From a virus (lineage: Duplodnaviria; Caudoviricetes), in IMG/VR virus record IMGVR_UViG_3300042315_000125, positions 1-40,214 of that record: DNA of 40,214 bases; one strand, 5' to 3'. Positions within the stretch are counted from its first letter, which is position 1, and every line of letters begins with the position of its first letter. The notes under the pieces were generated by a model that made no database searches, was not told the origin of the DNA, and saw only the letters and a list, made by a program, of their open reading frames with translations. The position numbers and the translations under genes are program-made. Of the stretch, positions 5,862 to 14,397 are shown piece after piece.

Positions 5862-6487
5862 GGTGTATCCCCTCCAAGTAGATCTTGCAGTTTACGCATA
5901 GCATTAGCGCACCTGCGATCAGCGGTAGATACTGCTACCTCTAGGTATTGTGCTATCTGATTTAAAGTCCAAGCGTCGTGGTATCTAAGCTCTAGTATCT
6001 TGGCTTCATCAACATCTAACTTCTCATATGCTTTTTTAATATCAAGTAAGATAGCAATTAGATTACCGCTCTCAGCGGGAGCTGACTGTTTCTTTGGTGA
6101 GCCATCGTTGATCATATCCTGTGCCTGTTGCAACACAGTCCCGTGCAGTACCGATTGAATTACAAAGGGTAGTAGTTGTGCGATAGTGGTAGTCTCATAG
6201 AAGGCTTCATCTCCGGTGTGATAGCCAGCCTTACCAGCCTTCTCCTTACGGGCATAGCGTTCAGCCATACGCCTCATCTGATAGGCAATACGCTTCTCAT
6301 TACGCTGGCGTTTATTAAAGTCAGGCTCGTTTAATTGTTCAAGGAAGGCAGAGTTCTTGGCTACTGACCAGGCATAGCACTCTTGTATTACATCTTGTTT
6401 ATCTACCCACCCTTTAAACCTACGCATAATAACTGTTGCTACGCTAGGTACTAGCTCATAGAAAGTCGGGTGTAAATCCTCACTCAC
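5852..6487 (-). CDS. Sigma-70 family (ECF-like) RNA polymerase sigma factor
   Basis: Region-2-like DKQDVIQE and region-4 HTH LDVDEAKILELRYHDAWTLNQIAQYLEVAVSTADRRCANAMRKL. Confidence 0.8.
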   Translation of the reverse strand: MSEDLHPTFYELVPSVATVIMRRFKGWVDKQDVIQECYAWSVAKNSAFLEQLNEPDFNKRQRNEKRIAYQMRRMAERYARKEKAGKAGYHTGDEAFYETTTIAQLLPFVIQSVLHGTVLQQAQDMINDGSPKKQSAPAESGNLIAILLDIKKAYEKLDVDEAKILELRYHDAWTLNQIAQYLEVAVSTADRRCANAMRKLQDLLGGDTPWS

Positions 6488-6845
6488 TAGGCCACTTGTT
6501 TTCTAATACCATAATTGCTATGGCGGAGTAGTTAAGTAGATCTATAAAAGAATCTCTAAGTGACTCATTCTGTGGTTCAAAATTCTTATCTAATAAATTA
6601 TTTATTCTTGCTATCTTATCGTGCATACGTACACGCAGTCCGTTGATTGGTCCACCAGGAGCACGGGATATATTAGTTGGACCGTAGTCCATTTGTTTTC
6701 TTAGAAGTAGATCACCGGCCTCATCAAGTAAGCCTCTTACTGTATCTATAAACTCTTGGCTTATACCTTTATCAAGAGCAGCTTGATTAGAATCTTGCTT
6801 ACACAATTGGAACCCCCAATAAATGCCTAGTAGCGTCGGCACCAT
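6480..6845 (-). CDS. Nucleotide-modification-associated domain 1 / DUF1599 (all-alpha NTP-pyrophosphatase-like); start uncertain
   Basis: RKQMDYG, RMHDKIARINNL and ESLRDSFIDLLNYSAIAIM. Confidence 0.75.
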   Translation of the reverse strand: MVPTLLGIYWGFQLCKQDSNQAALDKGISQEFIDTVRGLLDEAGDLLLRKQMDYGPTNISRAPGGPINGLRVRMHDKIARINNLLDKNFEPQNESLRDSFIDLLNYSAIAIMVLENKWPSE

Positions 6846-7446
6846 TAGTTAGGTAATAGTCCGTAATGTCCATATTAGGTGGTAATTGTACTATTGTTCC
6901 GTTGATCACCTCCCCTGCAACACGCCGAGAAAACTCAGCACCTGGATTAGTGCCATCTTCTTTAACATCATTATCACCAACGATATATACAACATCATAA
7001 CCGTTAAACAATTTACTGAAGTGATCTTTCCAAGCAGCTACACCAGGAACTCCTACTGCTGGCATACCTAATACACCAGAAACTATGATGGTATCTAGCT
7101 CTCCTTCACACACTACAATTCTTGATGACAACTTACAGATATCAGCAACGTTATATAGGTGTGACTTCTGACCAAGAGGTGAACCATACTTAGGCTTACC
7201 CTCATCTAATCTTCTAAACTTAAAGCCAACACAAAGATCTAATGCAGTTATGTATGGTATTGATAACCATCCTGCGTGGTGTTCGTGACCAGGTAGTGGA
7301 TCAGTAATAGTTCCAAGCTGGAACCGTGCTGCTACCTCTTCAGATATTCCACGTCCTTCGAGATACTTTAGAGTTTCTGGAGTTATTGCTTGAGCGTACT
7401 GCTCCGCCGCTACCAGCAAGGATTTCATCTGCTCTTTTGATTGCAT
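6799..7446 (-). CDS. DNA primase, catalytic/TOPRIM part
   Basis: YLEGRGI, LSIPY, FKFRRL, VVCEGELD and VGDND. Confidence 0.9.
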   Translation of the reverse strand: MQSKEQMKSLLVAAEQYAQAITPETLKYLEGRGISEEVAARFQLGTITDPLPGHEHHAGWLSIPYITALDLCVGFKFRRLDEGKPKYGSPLGQKSHLYNVADICKLSSRIVVCEGELDTIIVSGVLGMPAVGVPGVAAWKDHFSKLFNGYDVVYIVGDNDVKEDGTNPGAEFSRRVAGEVINGTIVQLPPNMDITDYYLTNGADATRHLLGVPIV

Positions 7447-7717
7447 CTTTAAACTCCAATCCTTCCTTATGTGTAATTATGTTAACGCCATTACCTGCTA
7501 CACCGCAGGTGTGGCAGTAGTAGAGGTTGTTAACCGTATCAATTACTGCTGACTTTCTAGTGTCGTTATGAACACAACACCTAACCGATACGTTCTTACC
7601 CTCTCTTACTTCCCCTCCGTAAAACTGAACTATTATTCCAATGGGTACTGAGTTCGCAGAGGTTCCGCTAAAACTTTTGCCTGACTTCCTGTTCCTGGAC
7701 CAGTCTTGTGCTGACAT
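7340..7717 (-). CDS. DNA primase CHC2 zinc-binding domain (separate ORF)
   Basis: RCCVHND...YYCHTCG..GN...EGLEFKDAI; overlaps the TOPRIM ORF by 107 nt. Confidence 0.85.
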   Translation of the reverse strand: MSAQDWSRNRKSGKSFSGTSANSVPIGIIVQFYGGEVREGKNVSVRCCVHNDTRKSAVIDTVNNLYYCHTCGVAGNGVNIITHKEGLEFKDAIKRADEILAGSGGAVRSSNNSRNSKVSRRTWNI

Positions 7718-7815
7718 CCACAATCCCCTTTACATTTATCGTGCATATTACTGGCACGTTTGAACTGACCCATCTTGTTCAGCTCACCACCAGATTTACA
7801 GCGTTCGCAAATCAT
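7633..7815 (-). CDS. Small Cys/His-rich protein
   Basis: MICERC...HDKCKGDCGCQH; ATGA overlap. Confidence 0.7.
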   Translation of the reverse strand: MICERCKSGGELNKMGQFKRASNMHDKCKGDCGCQHKTGPGTGSQAKVLAEPLRTQYPLE

Positions 7816-7919
7816 TCTTCTTCCTTAACCTCTTCCACTACTGGTGTTACTTCTTCTACTACCTCTTGTGGTTGTACCCATATTTCTGATGTCGTTAAGT
7901 CGCCATTAGGTGTTGGCAT
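7812..7919 (-). CDS. Acidic micro-protein (35 aa, MPTPNGDLTTSEIW...)
   Basis: Manual translation; SD GGAGG; fills the gap and couples to the next gene. Confidence 0.65.
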   Translation of the reverse strand: MPTPNGDLTTSEIWVQPQEVVEEVTPVVEEVKEEE

Positions 7920-8268
7920 TTTTTTCCTCCAGCCATTGTGTTAGATCTTGGATGACCCACGCTTTGTGGATCCCCGCTTTTCTCCTCTTAAATAATACAT
8001 AAGAAAAAGGCTTATCAATACCGCGATGCTTAGCATAGTTAGCAGCTTCGTCTTGCGCTTCATCCCAAAACTCCTTCAAGTTTAAACTCTTTGTATTCTT
8101 TAACTCAAAGATATAAGACTCACCAGCAACGATAACAACTAGATCACCTTCATCTTCCTTACCTGATAGGCGTAGTCGCTCAGCTAATACACCCATCTTA
8201 CGAAACCATTTCATTACATCTATCTCAAAGGCTGCACCCTTGCGTCTATTATAAGTTGGGTTAGGCAT
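7906..8268 (-). CDS. Holliday junction resolvase (Hjc-like PD-(D/E)XK)
   Basis: KGAAFE...DEGDL...FELKN...EAQDEAAN. Confidence 0.8.
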   Translation of the reverse strand: MPNPTYNRRKGAAFEIDVMKWFRKMGVLAERLRLSGKEDEGDLVVIVAGESYIFELKNTKSLNLKEFWDEAQDEAANYAKHRGIDKPFSYVLFKRRKAGIHKAWVIQDLTQWLEEKNANT

Positions 8269-8422
8269 CTAACTTCACTTTGTTTACCTTAAATATCCGT
8301 TGACCATCTTCTTCAACTACCTCTATAAGTCCTGCCTGGATAAGTAAACTAGCAAAGGAAGCAAAGTCAGTCTCTAACTGTGCAATCTTTTTCTTTAAGT
8401 ATGTTATCTCTGTGTTAGCCAA
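8261..8422 (-). CDS. Hypothetical protein (53 aa, MANTEITYLKKKIAQLE...)
   Basis: Manual translation from TTG; exactly fills the epimerase-resolvase gap with 8-nt overlaps. Confidence 0.7.
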   Translation of the reverse strand: MANTEITYLKKKIAQLETDFASFASLLIQAGLIEVVEEDGQRIFKVNKVKLDA

Positions 8423-9275
8423 ACTTCTTCACCGCCTCATCTATGCCCTGCTCTAATGTAATCTTTGGAGTGTAGAACTCTAGCATCTTTGTAGCATCAG
8501 CAACCCTATACATACAACCGACAGGCTTATCAGGATTAGTTTTAATCTCTGGTGTATAACCAACTGCTTGACTAGTTAAGCTTGCTAACTCTAAGAAGGA
8601 TGTAGATCTACCGGTACCTAAGTTTGTAGCACCAACAACATTCTCTCTTACTGCTGTAAGTACAGCACTGACCACATCTTTCATATGAATAAAGTCTCGT
8701 GTTTGTTTACCAGTTCCCCATACTTCAAAGGGATCGTTGCGTTCTACCGCTCTCTTAACGTACATAGGAAAGGGATAAGTTAGATCTTGGTCCCATCCAT
8801 ACCCAGAAAAAGGCCTAAAAATGTGGACATTTGGGACAAATTGGGACAGATATTCACCAACTAACTTGCTCCAACCGTATGTCATATCAGGTCCGTTAGG
8901 ATGTTTAAGGTTGATATCAAACTCTTTTAATCTTGTATCTCGGTTGATCTGTAAATCAATTGGATAAGCTGCTGATGATGAGAAGTAAACTATCTTTCTA
9001 GGCTTAGTCTTTAAACACCATTGGAAAAACTCTGAGTCAATAGATAAGTTATCAGCTACTGCAAGTGGTCTACCTTCAATAGATTCTCTGCCACCTACGA
9101 TAGCGGCAAGGTGAATAACTAAATCGTATTGAGTATCATCTCTTTTAAATAGATCTCTACAATCTAAACCATCCTTGATATCAGCACCAGTGATATTAAC
9201 ATTAGGTAGTTCAGATAACTCTTCAGTAAAATACTTACCAACAAATCCTTTATTTCCGGTGATTAAGATCTTCAT
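8415..9275 (-). CDS. NAD-dependent nucleotide-sugar epimerase/dehydratase (extended SDR)
   Basis: Probable start ATG 9275: MKILITGNKGFVG (GxxGxxG), HLAA, FSSSAAY, YGWSK (YxxxK) and VWGTGKQTRDFIH. Confidence 0.92.
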   Translation of the reverse strand: MKILITGNKGFVGKYFTEELSELPNVNITGADIKDGLDCRDLFKRDDTQYDLVIHLAAIVGGRESIEGRPLAVADNLSIDSEFFQWCLKTKPRKIVYFSSSAAYPIDLQINRDTRLKEFDINLKHPNGPDMTYGWSKLVGEYLSQFVPNVHIFRPFSGYGWDQDLTYPFPMYVKRAVERNDPFEVWGTGKQTRDFIHMKDVVSAVLTAVRENVVGATNLGTGRSTSFLELASLTSQAVGYTPEIKTNPDKPVGCMYRVADATKMLEFYTPKITLEQGIDEAVKKFG

Positions 9276-9996
9276 CTGTTCCCCAATCGTAGATATATTT
9301 AACGTGACCTGATAGTTGTAATGACATCTCAAGGTCTGCCCTATAAACAAAGACATCATTCTCATCTAACGCTGCTCCAATATGGCATACAGTGTTGATC
9401 TTCTTACGAGGTATAATAGTTTTCTTGCTAGGTTCTGATGGTTGATAGTTGTAGTAAAGGTCGTGAACTAAACAGTTACCTGCTATCTGCGGATAGATCT
9501 GACTAGATAAGAACTCTTGGTCTTGCATATATGTATCTCGTAACGGTGTCTCACTCCATAGCTTCTCAAAGAAGTGCATATCTTTATTCTTACAAGCGAA
9601 CATACCAGCAGAGATAAGATACCCGTGACCTGTTGGGTGATCTCTAATGATATGGAAACCGTATGGTGAATCTAAGAACTCTTGATGTGCTAACACCTCT
9701 CGGTAAGATAAGCGGGCATCAGCATCTCTTGATAGAACTACATCAACAGTTGGATCTAGGACTGCTCTAAATCTCCACATCCTAGCCAAACTATCTTCCC
9801 GTTCATCTACTCTTATTATCTCTACGTTGGGAAACAACTCTAAGGTAGAACGACACCAGGTTGGTACAGAATTTCCTACATAAAAGCGCACCGTAAAGCC
9901 AGGAAAGAATCGCTGTGCTAACTGTGCGTTCTTTATAGCACCAATTAAAAACTTAAGTTGTTGGCCATAAAGAGAATAGGAGATTACTTGTTTCAT
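9250..9996 (-). CDS. Putative GT-A-fold glycosyltransferase
   Basis: VISYSLYG, MWRF, SRDAD (DxD), FHIIRDHP and DQEFL. Confidence 0.65.
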   Translation of the reverse strand: MKQVISYSLYGQQLKFLIGAIKNAQLAQRFFPGFTVRFYVGNSVPTWCRSTLELFPNVEIIRVDEREDSLARMWRFRAVLDPTVDVVLSRDADARLSYREVLAHQEFLDSPYGFHIIRDHPTGHGYLISAGMFACKNKDMHFFEKLWSETPLRDTYMQDQEFLSSQIYPQIAGNCLVHDLYYNYQPSEPSKKTIIPRKKINTVCHIGAALDENDVFVYRADLEMSLQLSGHVKYIYDWGTDEDLNHRK

Positions 9997-10664
9997 TTGA
10001 TACCTATTAACTCCTTGAACTTAGCAAGATCTGCCTGATAATCTTCATCAACATAACGGCGGAACTCTATGCCATCTGCACTAGATATATCAGGAGCGTT
10101 AGCCTCAAGGTAGCCAGCGTCTGCGTGAGATTTACCAGCAAGGAAATGTAGGTGTTCAATAATTACATCATCAAAGTACCAGATAGCATTAAGGTCCATA
10201 CCAAGTAACATCCAAAAGTTATCCATAAACAAATGAACTAACTTAGGTGGTGCCATAAAGCCAAAGCTCTTAATGATATTAGTGCTCATCATTACTGCAG
10301 TGGCAAGGTTCTTACCTTGGAATAGATCATTGCCATAGGCAACACCGTATCCCTTAGATGCTATAGCACCGGATAAGAAGTGATCCCATTGCAGGGTCTG
10401 TGGTAGGTGATCATCACCCATAAAGAATATAGTTTCATATTTATCTGCATACTTATTAGCTACCAGATTAAGTGTGCCATTCATTCTAAGTCTTGGGTTT
10501 ACCTCATAGATAACCCCGTCTAATCTTGGATATAGATCTGCTTGGTCATCATCTATTGCCACACATATATCTGAAATGATGCTAGTCTCTTTTAAGAATT
10601 TAACAGCACGATCTATTGAGTCAGGTCTGCTTCTTGATGGAACGATTACCAGGTTAGTATTCAT
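9993..10664 (-). CDS. GT2-like glycosyltransferase
   Basis: VIVPSRSRP, AIDDD, LNLVA, FMGDD, HLFMD and EHLH. Confidence 0.78.
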   Translation of the reverse strand: MNTNLVIVPSRSRPDSIDRAVKFLKETSIISDICVAIDDDQADLYPRLDGVIYEVNPRLRMNGTLNLVANKYADKYETIFFMGDDHLPQTLQWDHFLSGAIASKGYGVAYGNDLFQGKNLATAVMMSTNIIKSFGFMAPPKLVHLFMDNFWMLLGMDLNAIWYFDDVIIEHLHFLAGKSHADAGYLEANAPDISSADGIEFRRYVDEDYQADLAKFKELIGIK

Positions 10665-10670
10665 AGTGTC

Positions 10671-11507
10671 CTAATGTAGTATGGATTGTTGGTCAAATCT
10701 TTTACTTATATGTGGTGATTCCCCTACCTCTGTTATCTGACAGTTAGCATAATCAACTGACAAAGGAATAGAGATAGAACCATCTGCTGCGTGTGGACCG
10801 AATCGGTTCTTAACTGCAGCAATTCTCATCTGCTTATTAAATGGATCGTAACCCATAGTTGCAATAAGACTTGGTAGTTGTGATACCTTACCGTGAATAG
10901 CCCTACGAGCTGGTGGATTCATACCTGAACCATACTCACTCTGCTCTGATACGTGATGAAGAACTAATACACAAGCCTCAGTCTGACGAGCCATATCGTG
11001 CAACTCCATCATAATTGCTCTAAGTCCTGCCCATTCATTATCAGTTTCAGCGGCTATATTCATAAGGTTATCTATAACTATTAGTTGAGGAGCAGCACCA
11101 TATAACTCTATGTATGCCTTGATCTCACTCTCAATATCATCTAAAGATGGTGAAGAATCAAAGACCCATTGGATGTTACTCATCTTCTCAAAGTACTTGT
11201 CATAGTACTGGCTTCTCATATTAAGGTTTGTCTCAACCGTTAATTGTGAATGGCCTGATAAATGAGATGCTGCCCTCATCATTACAGTTGTAGTATCAGT
11301 GTCTGCTGAGAAAAATAGAGTTCTTACATTTGCTTTTAAAGCATAAATCAGAGCGAACATAGACTTGCCCACATTGGGTGCTGCTGCAACCATACAGACT
11401 TGTCCTCGTCTAAACCTAATCTGTGCCTGTTGTAATGAAGGCCACACATCAGGTAGGGGCGTAGCTTTTGTAGTTACTCCACCCCACGCTCTGCTTAAAC
11501 TAAGCAA
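10671..11507 (-). CDS. DnaB-like (SF4) helicase / RecA-fold ATPase
   Basis: Walker A AAPNVGKS, Walker B LIVIDN, VLVLHH and VKNRFG. Confidence 0.88.
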   Translation of the reverse strand: MLSLSRAWGGVTTKATPLPDVWPSLQQAQIRFRRGQVCMVAAAPNVGKSMFALIYALKANVRTLFFSADTDTTTVMMRAASHLSGHSQLTVETNLNMRSQYYDKYFEKMSNIQWVFDSSPSLDDIESEIKAYIELYGAAPQLIVIDNLMNIAAETDNEWAGLRAIMMELHDMARQTEACVLVLHHVSEQSEYGSGMNPPARRAIHGKVSQLPSLIATMGYDPFNKQMRIAAVKNRFGPHAADGSISIPLSVDYANCQITEVGESPHISKRFDQQSILH

Positions 11508-11754
11508 CGTATTCCTCTCGCAATTTTATATTTAATTTGGCTCGTAGACTTCTTCGATCACGTTCACTCGAAGCGCCCCAAATACCGTATCTTTCATTAT
11601 TCAATGCCCACTCAAAACATTCAGTAAGGTGTGGGCATCTATTGCATATTCTCTTAGCATTAGCTGCTTGATCACTTGCACCGGTCTCAGGGAAAAACAG
11701 TTCTGTATCTACTTCAGAACATAACGGGTTCTCGAACTCTCTAGGAACCCGCAT
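11500..11754 (-). CDS. whiB: WhiB-family Fe-S transcription factor
   Basis: C...LFFP...AKRICNRCPHLTEC..WAL..ERYGIWGA.SERDRR. Confidence 0.95.
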   Translation of the reverse strand: MRVPREFENPLCSEVDTELFFPETGASDQAANAKRICNRCPHLTECFEWALNNERYGIWGASSERDRRSLRAKLNIKLREEYVA

Positions 11755-11757
11755 AGG

Positions 11758-12120
11758 TTATCTAACCCAGACGGTATCGCACTTATCTGTAGCACCCTTT
11801 GGAGCGTTACACATCCAACCCTTCCAAGGACCCTTAGCGCCTTGGCCAGTTCGGTAGTTCATTCCTCCGTGCTTACAAGTTGGTGCATCACCGTTAATTG
11901 GTGCTGCTCCTAGTGCTTTAGTTGCGTAAGCAACTGTTGCATTAGCAGATGCTGATTCATTTAGTGAAGCAGCTACTGATGAGATCAGAGTAGATAGGTC
12001 CTGAATTTGTGTCAGTTGTCCTTCTAGGTCTGCATTGTTCTTGGCATAAACATTTACAAGTGTTCCATCTTTTAGTTTGAAGTTAACTTGTAGTTGTGTG
12101 TCGCTATTTGAAGCGGCCAT
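11758..12120 (-). CDS. Hypothetical protein with a C-terminal Zn-binding motif
   Basis: APTCKHG...WKGWMC...DKC. Confidence 0.8.
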   Translation of the reverse strand: MAASNSDTQLQVNFKLKDGTLVNVYAKNNADLEGQLTQIQDLSTLISSVAASLNESASANATVAYATKALGAAPINGDAPTCKHGGMNYRTGQGAKGPWKGWMCNAPKGATDKCDTVWVR

Positions 12121-13076
12121 TATTTTCCTCCAGTTGATTTGACAGAGATACGGGCGGTCTCTTGTCCTTGTTTGTATGGTACAAAGCCGAGAAGTTTTTC
12201 TACCTCATCAGCGTCTACTCGCTTAGGTCCTGCCACCGTAGTCCAAACGATTTGAACTCCGCTATGTGTAGTCCCAGCGAATCCTTCTAGTGATGTTCTT
12301 ATTGATTCTTTAGTAGCTGATAACTTCTTAATCTCTTCATCAAGTTGTAAGTACAACAGCGCATTTTTATCGGCATCGGGATCATCAATCACCACCTCTG
12401 CCTCTTTGATACGTTCTTTTTTTAAGCCAACGCAACCCATCTCACCGGTGGCATCATAGTATTTACAATAGAACTTACAGTAATTCTCATCCTTCTCAGG
12501 CTCTGGTACCTCTACTGATTCTTTGATAGCAGATAACCAGTTCATTGCTTCTTCAGCAATTTTAGGATCATAGGTTTCAGTATGAACCTTTACATCACGC
12601 TCATCACCATCACGGGCGATGGCTACAAGATTTACGTTTCGGGGCTTCCCCTTCCCCGACTTTTCAAGCAAGTAGCCATACACCTGCACCTGCCACCGCT
12701 GTTGTTGCGATGGAAAATAGGAAAGGTTTTTAACCTTAACAGTTTTCCAATCTACAACATCACCAGTTTCAGGAATCCATAGGTCGATGTGTGCTTTCAT
12801 TCCGTTGTACTCGACCTCTGTTTCAACAACATACTTCTCACCAGTTGGGTCAGCAATAGCCAACGCCTTCTCGATCTCAGCGTGGATCGCAGTACCCATA
12901 ATGGCAGAGAGCTTTAACTCATTGTCATTGGTTTCAGGTTGGTCATTAAGACGATACCAAACCTTACGGCGGCATCCTCCTAACTCAGACGGTCCAACCT
13001 GCTTTTGTGTACTGCGACTACGGGCCGCATCTTTGTTCCTTAAAATATCTATAAGTAAATCTTTTGGATTAGTCAT
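12120..13076 (-). CDS. Cas4/RecB-like PD-(D/E)XK exonuclease
   Basis: Probable start ATG 13076; GPSELGGCRRK, GTAIHAEIE, HIDL, DWKT, QVQVY and C-terminal CKFYC...C. Confidence 0.85.
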   Translation of the reverse strand: MTNPKDLLIDILRNKDAARSRSTQKQVGPSELGGCRRKVWYRLNDQPETNDNELKLSAIMGTAIHAEIEKALAIADPTGEKYVVETEVEYNGMKAHIDLWIPETGDVVDWKTVKVKNLSYFPSQQQRWQVQVYGYLLEKSGKGKPRNVNLVAIARDGDERDVKVHTETYDPKIAEEAMNWLSAIKESVEVPEPEKDENYCKFYCKYYDATGEMGCVGLKKERIKEAEVVIDDPDADKNALLYLQLDEEIKKLSATKESIRTSLEGFAGTTHSGVQIVWTTVAGPKRVDADEVEKLLGFVPYKQGQETARISVKSTGGK

Positions 13077-13168
13077 TACAAACCCCACTTAATAAAGCAC
13101 TCTAAAATAAATTTATACATTTCTAAATCTAATAGGTACCACTGTAACTGCCAATATATCTCTCTCAT
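13076..13168 (-). CDS. Aromatic/hydrophobic micro-protein (30 aa, MREIYWQLQWYLLDLEMYKFILECFIKWGL)
   Basis: SD AAGGAAGG; ATGA and TAATG coupling on both sides. Confidence 0.65.
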   Translation of the reverse strand: MREIYWQLQWYLLDLEMYKFILECFIKWGL

Positions 13169-13740
13169 TTTACCTTCCTTTTTTGCACGGCTATTTGTAT
13201 CGGAGGACAGGTGTTGATGTCAAGTAGGGATGCTACCTCAACCGCCTTCTGTGCCAACTCTGCTGCCTCATCTTGTATTAAGAAACGATCACTTCGTTTA
13301 GAGTACATAAACCCTAAAGCGAATTGACCACCAGAACCAATACCGTAGTAGTTAGCTTCGGATTGGATGAAGGACATATCAGATGCGATGTGGAATATGA
13401 ATCCGTTAAAGGCAATGAGGTAATCAAAGCCAGCGTCTTTGTCTTTCTCATTATCATTCCAAGCGTACCCATTATCGGTAAAGGTCTTGATGATAGATGG
13501 AATAACTCTCTTACCCATAAACTGTACCGGATCATAACTAATTTTATAAGATGGTGGATTCCAGTTATAAGTTAAGATATCACCAGGCCTGGTATCACCA
13601 GTAATCGCAAGAAGGTACTGACCCTTCTCAATTATCTTAGGAGTCTTTAAAGAAATAGTTCGTAAATTATCTTCAGTGATTTGAGAATCAGCAGCTAAGA
13701 TACAAAATGTTTTACCTTGCACTCCGACGACAGTGGTCAA
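13165..13740 (-). CDS. Proteasome beta-subunit/HslV-like Ntn threonine protease
   Basis: TTG start after AAGGAGG; N-terminal TTVVG, AADSQ, TPKI (Lys33-like) and GIGSGGQFALG. Confidence 0.88.
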   Translation of the reverse strand: MTTVVGVQGKTFCILAADSQITEDNLRTISLKTPKIIEKGQYLLAITGDTRPGDILTYNWNPPSYKISYDPVQFMGKRVIPSIIKTFTDNGYAWNDNEKDKDAGFDYLIAFNGFIFHIASDMSFIQSEANYYGIGSGGQFALGFMYSKRSDRFLIQDEAAELAQKAVEVASLLDINTCPPIQIAVQKRKVK

Positions 13741-13765
13741 AGTTCCCTCCTTATGTCTTGAGATA

Positions 13766-13792
13766 AAGATACCATATAGTGAAATGCGACAC
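13766..13792 (-). promoter_or_regulatory. Leftward promoter with a GACAC (WhiA-type) box
   Basis: Extended -10 TGgTATCTT (13774-13766); GACAC at 13788-13792 within CGACACGCC. Confidence 0.5.
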
Positions 13793-13901
13793 GCCGTGAA
13801 GTCCAGATTCTCTCACCGGAGGAGTAAATGGGATTATACTACGAGCGATAGCGAGTTAAAAAACAGCAGCCCTCACGGGCTGTGATGAGTGAGGATACAG
13901 G

Positions 13902-14126
13902 ATGTTCCGTCTACCAACTCTGCGAAAAAACAAAAATAAATTACCACCAAAGTTTGGTTCAGATCTGCGCTCATTAGGACCACTTCATACCTGTCCTTGT
14001 GGTTCCACTCTATTCACTGTGTTAGTTCAGTTTGATGATTACGAGATCTGCTGGTATTACTTAGATGCAACCTGTGCTAACTGCGGTAACTTGGTATGTG
14101 TACCTTGTCCCGCTGACAAAATGTAG
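13902..14126 (+). CDS. Cys-rich Zn-binding protein; solitary + strand gene
   Basis: CPCGS...CANCG...PCP; SD GAGG; upstream TATACT -10 at 13835-13840. Confidence 0.8.
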   Translation: MFRLPTLRKNKNKLPPKFGSDLRSLGPLHTCPCGSTLFTVLVQFDDYEICWYYLDATCANCGNLVCVPCPADKM

Positions 14127-14130
14127 GCAC

Positions 14131-14161
14131 AAAAAAAGAAGGGCGCAGTTAAGCGCCCCTC
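14131..14161 (-). terminator. Intrinsic terminator of the late operon
   Basis: Minus-strand GAGGGGCGC-TTAACT-GCGCCCTTC-TTTTTTT. Confidence 0.85.
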
Positions 14162-14184
14162 TATATTGCCTCGCATCAATAAAA

Positions 14185-14397
14185 CTATTTAGCTCCTAGA
14201 CCGTATTCTTCCTCGGTCTTGTCAGCCCACTTTGCAAGTGGTCCTGCGATAGATCCGATTAGGATCGCATACTCTGGTGCTAGGTCAGCAGCTAGTGCTA
14301 GACCCATAGTTACTGCTGAGGCAAGTACAGCTCTAAGATAAGACTTAACTGCAGCCTTAGTCTTTTTGCTCTTTAACTTAGCAATTAGATCTTTCAT
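14185..14397 (-). CDS. Holin-like membrane protein
   Basis: 70 aa with two hydrophobic segments, directly after the endolysin. Confidence 0.75.
   Translation of the reverse strand: MKDLIAKLKSKKTKAAVKSYLRAVLASAVTMGLALAADLAPEYAILIGSIAGPLAKWADKTEEEYGLGAK

Noticed and set aside
12120-13076. Cas4-like gene as part of a CRISPR system
   Set aside because: No cas1/cas2 or array is present; stand-alone Cas4/RecB-like nucleases are common phage recombination genes.
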